Assembly: GCF_022539665.2 (NCBI RefSeq)
Contig: NC_081333.1
Coordinates: forward strand, 620,001-684,000
From: Daphnia carinata
Taxonomy: Eukaryota
Reading direction: 5' to 3'
DNA length: 64,000 nt
Part shown: positions 57,901 through 64,000 of the stretch, piece after piece
How the letters are laid out: every line of letters starts with the position of its first letter
Numbering within the stretch: the stretch's first letter is position 1
Position numbers and translations under genes: made by a program
The notes under the pieces: model-generated
What the model was told of the DNA's origin: nothing
The model's input: only the letters and a program-made list of their open reading frames with translations
The model's database searches: none

Positions 57901-60900
57901 AAAAGTCGGCAGAAGGAGGCGCAAGGGCGGAGTTCAGAAACATGGCTAATTGTCCATCCTCTTTGTTGTTATCTGCTCACGTGGGGGCTATCCGTAACGA
58001 GGGGGTTATGTGCAGCAGTCGATCCCAATCGATCGAGTCCACCGGCAGAGTCCGCCGTGCCCGATGATATATATATATACTGTATATATACTGATGGTCA
58101 TGATGCGGACTCGCATTGCATCGATCGCTGCTGACTTTCATATACCCACGCATGTATTTTCGACGACTGTGTTGTAGACACACACACACACACACACACA
58201 CGCCTAGCAGAGGCATTAAAAAACGGAAAAGCACCTTCACACTCAAATTTAATATAAGGTGTAAAAAAAATAAATAAAAGGCTGCTGATGTAGAGCGCAC
58301 ACGACCAGAATTCGTTGGTGTTTAAATTGCACGTGGAATGCTGCATCGGAACGGTAGGGGTGAGAAAATAAAAAATGCAATTTGAATTTTTTTCTATCTG
58401 GCGTGACTGAGTGATCCTCTACTGATTTTCGGACAGCCGCCATTCCTTTCAGTGTCCCTCAGCTCGGAGCTTTTCTTTTCTTTTTTTTTTTTTTTTTTTT
58501 TTGACAGGAAAGAGAATCTTGATGAAGTGCTATAGGCTATGGGCTCTTCTTCCTCTCCTTGTCCTTTGCTTCCGCTTTCCACCGGATCACAAAAGAAAAA
58601 AGGCCTTTCGTTTTTTTCCTCGAGAATTTGAACACCTTTTTTAAAACACGATTTCCTTCCTACTCGTTCTCGTTTTTTTTTTTTTTTTTTATCTTTTTTA
58701 GAAGTCTGGACAAAGGAAAATTGAATGGAGAAGAACATCAAATTTGGACCTTTCTGCCTTTCTTTTTGAACTATTCAATCTTTGATTGCACCTTTGGTCA
58801 GCCACGCTGTCAAAGTGGAGCTCGGGCGTCGAATTTTATCCCCACTTCCGTACCGTGCGCAAGAACGGTGAACGTATTAAGCTACTCCAAAAAGGCAAAA
58901 GAAATCCCCAATAAAATTCCCTCTTGTTAGCCGGCAGTCGGCTGTCTCGTGCGACTCAAGTCCTAACAGTCCTTTATCATCGAGATCGATCCGAATAACA
59001 AAAAAAAAAAAAAAAAAAAAAAAAAGAGTCTTGAGTCAATAATGATGGCTTGTTGGTGCTTCAACAACCCTTCGCTCTCCAGCACGTGGGAATAACCTCA
59101 CTTGTTGGTCAACTGAAGAATTTGTGTGTGTGTGTGTGTGTGTCAAGATTTCCTTCTTTCGGATAATCAAACATCATTTCGAACCATGGTGGTAATATCG
59201 TGCGTATTTACTCACCATGGAGTACGTTCACAATATAAATGTCGTGTGCAAGTGCGAAACTACTAACAGTGAAACGACGGTACGTTTCTATAGAAGCTTT
59301 CATCATTATTTCCTCTACCCCCTCCCCCCTTATTTTTCTTCTATTCTTCCATTCCCCATATTCGTTTTTTTTTTTTTTTTCATTTATTTATTTATTTTTT
59401 CAAAGGTAGGTCGTCATACGGTGCCCTGTACTTTGTTCGTATGTAGACACACACACACACACACACATACAAAAGAGTGAGGAGAAAAATATTTAGGTTG
59501 GTGAACAATTGCTAGTTGGTCTTGTGTTCCTATCGTCGGATATGACCTACGCCATCAGTCACGCAAAAGGAGGCCTGAGGTTAGCCTGGCGCGGTCAGCA
59601 CTTTTGCATGTCAAGAGGAAATTAGGCGGCACACACACGAACCAGAATGCAACGCAACACAAGATATACACCACACATCGGCTTCTCTGGTCTCGCACAC
59701 GGCCGGCAACACGCAACCAACGCACATAAAGGGCGTACACAAGTCCTTCACCGTAAAACAATCCGTCGCTAACGATCCCTCTACATCGAAGTAAAAACGA
59801 TAAACAAAGTTAACGTTCACCTTTTTCAGATTACATGTTCATGGTCGATATTATTCTATTGACTGAAAATGGAGCCGCGCAGCGGGAAAAACAAAACATG
59901 TGAAAGGATTAAAATATGACATGAATTCAGGTTATTACAATCAATTCGAGTTAAAAAAAAAAAAAAAAAAAAAAAAAAGGAAGGAAGGAAGGAAGGAACT
60001 TATCCGTAGACAGAAGTATGAATCGTAAAGTGCACTCAGCGGAAATTTGAAGAAAAGATAGTGCCACATTTCAGCTGTCGACGTGTCCTTATAAACGAAT
60101 TTCTCGGGAAATAAGCGTAGATGCCATTATAATTTCATAGCTGGTGTATTAACTAACGTTTGGCCAGTTTAACAAGCCAAAAACGCGGGTTTTCTGTGTC
60201 TAACTTTTTGTGAATTGAAAAAGAAAAGTTATCGGCAAGGAAGTTAAAGCGAAATTTCCATTCCTGCTTTACCGTACTCATGATATCGACACACATTAAC
60301 TGAGACACGAAATTCTCAGTTTCATCATCTATCACAATAGTCAAGTAACGCTAAAAAAAACGCTGCAGAATCGAATAATATTCACCTTCAAAAAAAATAA
60401 AATAAAATAAAATTTAGCGCTCAGCTGCGTAAAAATAATGGCAATTGCAAGCGATGAAAGTAGGGCCCCCTATATAAGTTGCTGTCAAGTTTCTTGGTTT
60501 TTTTCATATTTCTTTGCTCTTTTCACACCCTTGTTCTCCCTACTGTCCGCTCCTTTATTCTCCGACGGCGCAGTTTAATATTGATGTCATCTTCCGGTCT
60601 CTTCCCCTTCGTGGATTCGAGATAGAGCCCAACTGGCCGAGTCCAAAGCCTGGAGGGTGAGAATAAGAAGAGGCCACAGTGTGTTTGACCGATGGTCATT
60701 CGAGCGTAAATTCAATTTGATATAACGTAGATCCACCAGCGCGACAAAAAAAAAAAGGAAACTTAAAAAAAAAAAAAAAAGATGGAAAAGACGCATAAGA
60801 GGAAGGAAAAAAAAAACTTCTCGGACTCGGTGGTTCGTTGACACCGCTGTCCGACAAAAATCAATGACTTCAACTGTCTCTTCTTTCTTCTTCTTTTTTT

Positions 60901-63900
60901 TTTTTTTTTTATGAATTCAGAATTTTTTTTTTTTTTTTTTGGATGGAACATTTCAAAAGACATAGCTCGTCCCCTTTTCTCTATGGCTATTTCTCTACAT
61001 CACAATTTGGCGAACTATAGGCGTCGCTTCCAAAGACGTAATCAAGTTTTTTTTTTGATCAAATGAATCAACCGGAATTCCACGGTTTTCATTTAAAATT
61101 CGTTTATAATCGGGTGAGGGAAAAAGGGGGGTACATTCGTACCGTTAGGTGATCGCAATGAATATGGGTGAAGTGAAAAAAAAAAAAAAAAAGATGAAAA
61201 GGTCGTCCAACGATATAGAGAGTTAAGCTGTAGTGAACGACTAGAAATGATGGCGGGTGGATTGTGATTGGCCGGCGAGCGCTGGATATTGACATCCCGT
61301 TTGGCTTATGCTGTAAACACGCACACTGTGTTGACTGTCATGCCAATTACGCATCAGCATTGTTTGCTGCCCCCGGTTGTGTTTACTTGATCGTATACAC
61401 GTGTGTTGCCCAAGAAAGTTGGTTATATGATCCATGTTATTGTTCGAATATTGACTTTGATGCTTTCTCAACGGCCGGCCTTTATTTTATAACGATGAAT
61501 GTATTTGTGGTGATGTACTGTTGGCTCGCATCCCGCTTCTCTTATGTAAGTCAAACTTTGCCGCTCACGAAATGAACAGACATTAAAGCGAAATACGAAA
61601 CCGTAGCCAATTTTCGTTCCAGCATGAAAAATTCCGTGACTGTACCGGGTCGTGCGGTTCGGTTCCAATCAGGCACTTGAATGCGGCCATCACGTTATAC
61701 CCACACATCTTCAATCGGCGAGTTAATTTAGCTCGTTTTTTTACTTTTTTTTTTAACAATGTACTGTATTTTAAGAAATGAAATCTGTAGATGTTGACTT
61801 AACGTAATGTAACATAAAGACCGTGTCTCTGTGTGTGTTTCTCTGTTGTTGTTGTCGCACGCGTTTAAAACAACTGATCGGTTGATTGGCGATCGGACGG
61901 CGCATAAGGAAGTTACGATAATGGCATGCATCGTTATGTTCCGGGGACAAGTCGGCTGGACCTTTTCCATAAAAGAGGCTGATTGTCCGCCCTTTGCCTT
62001 GGATGGAAAAGTATAGCTGGAAAACGCTGGCGTTTTTCTATATTGGTTCAGAACGTGACGGACGCGGCAGGGCGAGGACAGGATGTCCTATTACTAAAAC
62101 TCTCGATAACTTATACGATAATACCAAACACGTCAGCCAGAAGTGAGGGAATGAGGCGCTCGCTAAACGGATAGAGATGCGAGGACGCGAGGTAAAAAAA
62201 GAAAAGAAAAAAACTGAGGGCTAGAAAAATATTGTAAAGGAAATAAGAAGTCGGAAACAGAAAAGAAGGAAGAACGGGCAAAGCAAACTTAATTATCGCT
62301 TGCTTCCCCCCTTTTTTTTTTCGCCCCCTTGCCAGTTGTCTCTTCTTCTCCACCATCAGCCTTAGACTGCTGGGTTGGCGCAATTCGATTAAAGTTGGGC
62401 GCGAGCCCTTGGCTTATTGTCGGCCATGTATCTCGATTAAGGTCGCAGACATGAGGATAGGCAAGCTCAAGCTCTTTGTGAAAAGTCCGTCACTAAGAGA
62501 CAAACGCCTTCCACTACGAAGTGAATTAGGTATATACCCTCCGGCTCAAATAAAAACCAAACGCCGGGCCCTCAGTATACACAGTCCTGGCTAATTTGTT
62601 ACAGTCCCCACTTTGATTTACGAGCTGATGCTCAACGCACAAGCACCGGGAGAATTAAAAAAAAAAAAAAAAAAAGGAGTAAATCCAATGAGACCATCAT
62701 TGCTTAAGCCTGTCGATTAAAGCACGTAGATGAAAAATGTTTTCGTTATAGGAATGAATTTTAGAACAATAAAAAAAAAAAAAGGGGGGAAATTGTGTTT
62801 GAGTTCGACGTGGCTGCAGTCTGGGTACTTTGTATTATTTTTCGGCCTTCTGTAGCAAACACTCTTCATTGTGGGCCTTTTCTCCGATGTTTGGATACCC
62901 CTCGAAATATATTCTGGCTTTTCGTTTTTGCTGCTGCGTCAGAAGATCATGCAAATGGCTAAATGTAGTCACGAGTGAGAAAACGGACAGCTGCTCGTGT
63001 GCCTTTTGGCTTGGTCGTCCCTACTCGCAAGCCATTGGCAGGAGCATAGCATCGCTACCGATTACCCGAGTTCCCGATGGTTCCAAATACAAAGTGACAT
63101 TTGCCAGGCGGCTCATCCGAACTGTTTTTCTGTTTGTTTTTTTTTATTTTCAGCTCGTAGAATCTCCTTTGCAGTCACTTGACTTGTTTACTGAATAAAA
63201 TATAACGGTTTAACGCTACGGTATACCCAATTGACATCCACCTTTGGGATGAGCAGCGTAGTCTGCGCTCTTTGAACCGCCCGCCGCCACTGATGTTCGA
63301 ATTTCGTTTTACCTTTTTTGCATCCACGAAATGCGTGAGTACGTATCGAACGTTTCTAATTTGCACGTTCTACTGAGGAAATTGATTTACCCGATGAACG
63401 GCGCCCGTTTGCACCATTCGTTTGAATGAAACAACAGTTTAAAAGTATAGACAGACTTATTGTATAAAGCCGTGAGTTGGGCGGACTGACGTCACGCAAG
63501 GCGGCACTATTGTTCACCAAATGAAATAGAAAGGAAAAAAGTTTGTTGTTTGTGCGTACCGCGGTGAGTTGCAGGTACGCCACACTTGTGGGTTTAACTT
63601 GGCTCTCAAAAAGTTTGACAGGACACACTGGATAGTTGATGAAGGCTTCTTACGGTTTCCTTTTCAAAGGTTGTCACCTTTTCTTTGGCTCACCTTTCTA
63701 TAGAATTCGAAAAAACCTCTACAACAGACAATTCGACCCTCCTAAATTCATGATGATGGCAACTCCGCAAGCCAAGCTTCGGCTTGGCTTCAAATGATTC
63801 AAACGGAAGCAAAACTTGAAAACATGGCAGGTGTAATACTTGCACATCTATATCTCGGCAAGTCAATACTCAGTTTCACCAGTTGGATATATATTTTTTG

Positions 63901-64000
63901 TTTGTCTGGCTACATATTTCATTGTTCTCTTATTGGCGATGATTTATTTATTACGGGGCCATTGCCGTATGGGCGTTGCTTGTCCGATAAAAAGCGTAAC

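Overview
Eukaryotic, intron-containing genomic DNA. Short GT-AG introns, AT-rich composition and the gene content suggest a compact arthropod genome, possibly Daphnia-like; this is inference, not verified. The left ~19 kb is gene-dense: a minus-strand diacylglycerol kinase theta (16 coding exons in continuous phase, last exon probably just outside the window), a compact six-exon tRNA-splicing endonuclease subunit Sen2, and an intronless ~1130-aa protein I do not recognise. That protein has an N-terminal hydrophobic anchor and a hierarchical 48/96/192-aa helical repeat array. From ~20 kb on, the sequence is a homopolymer- and microsatellite-rich, gene-poor landscape. It holds two head-to-head Runt-domain (RUNX) genes with matching exon architecture, both ending in VWRPY, and a 1.4-kb non-autonomous foldback/MITE-type DNA transposon. 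Most short ORFs in the supplied track are spurious. The most novel-looking item is the repeat protein at 15456-18842. I found no rRNA, tRNA, CRISPR or prokaryotic system.
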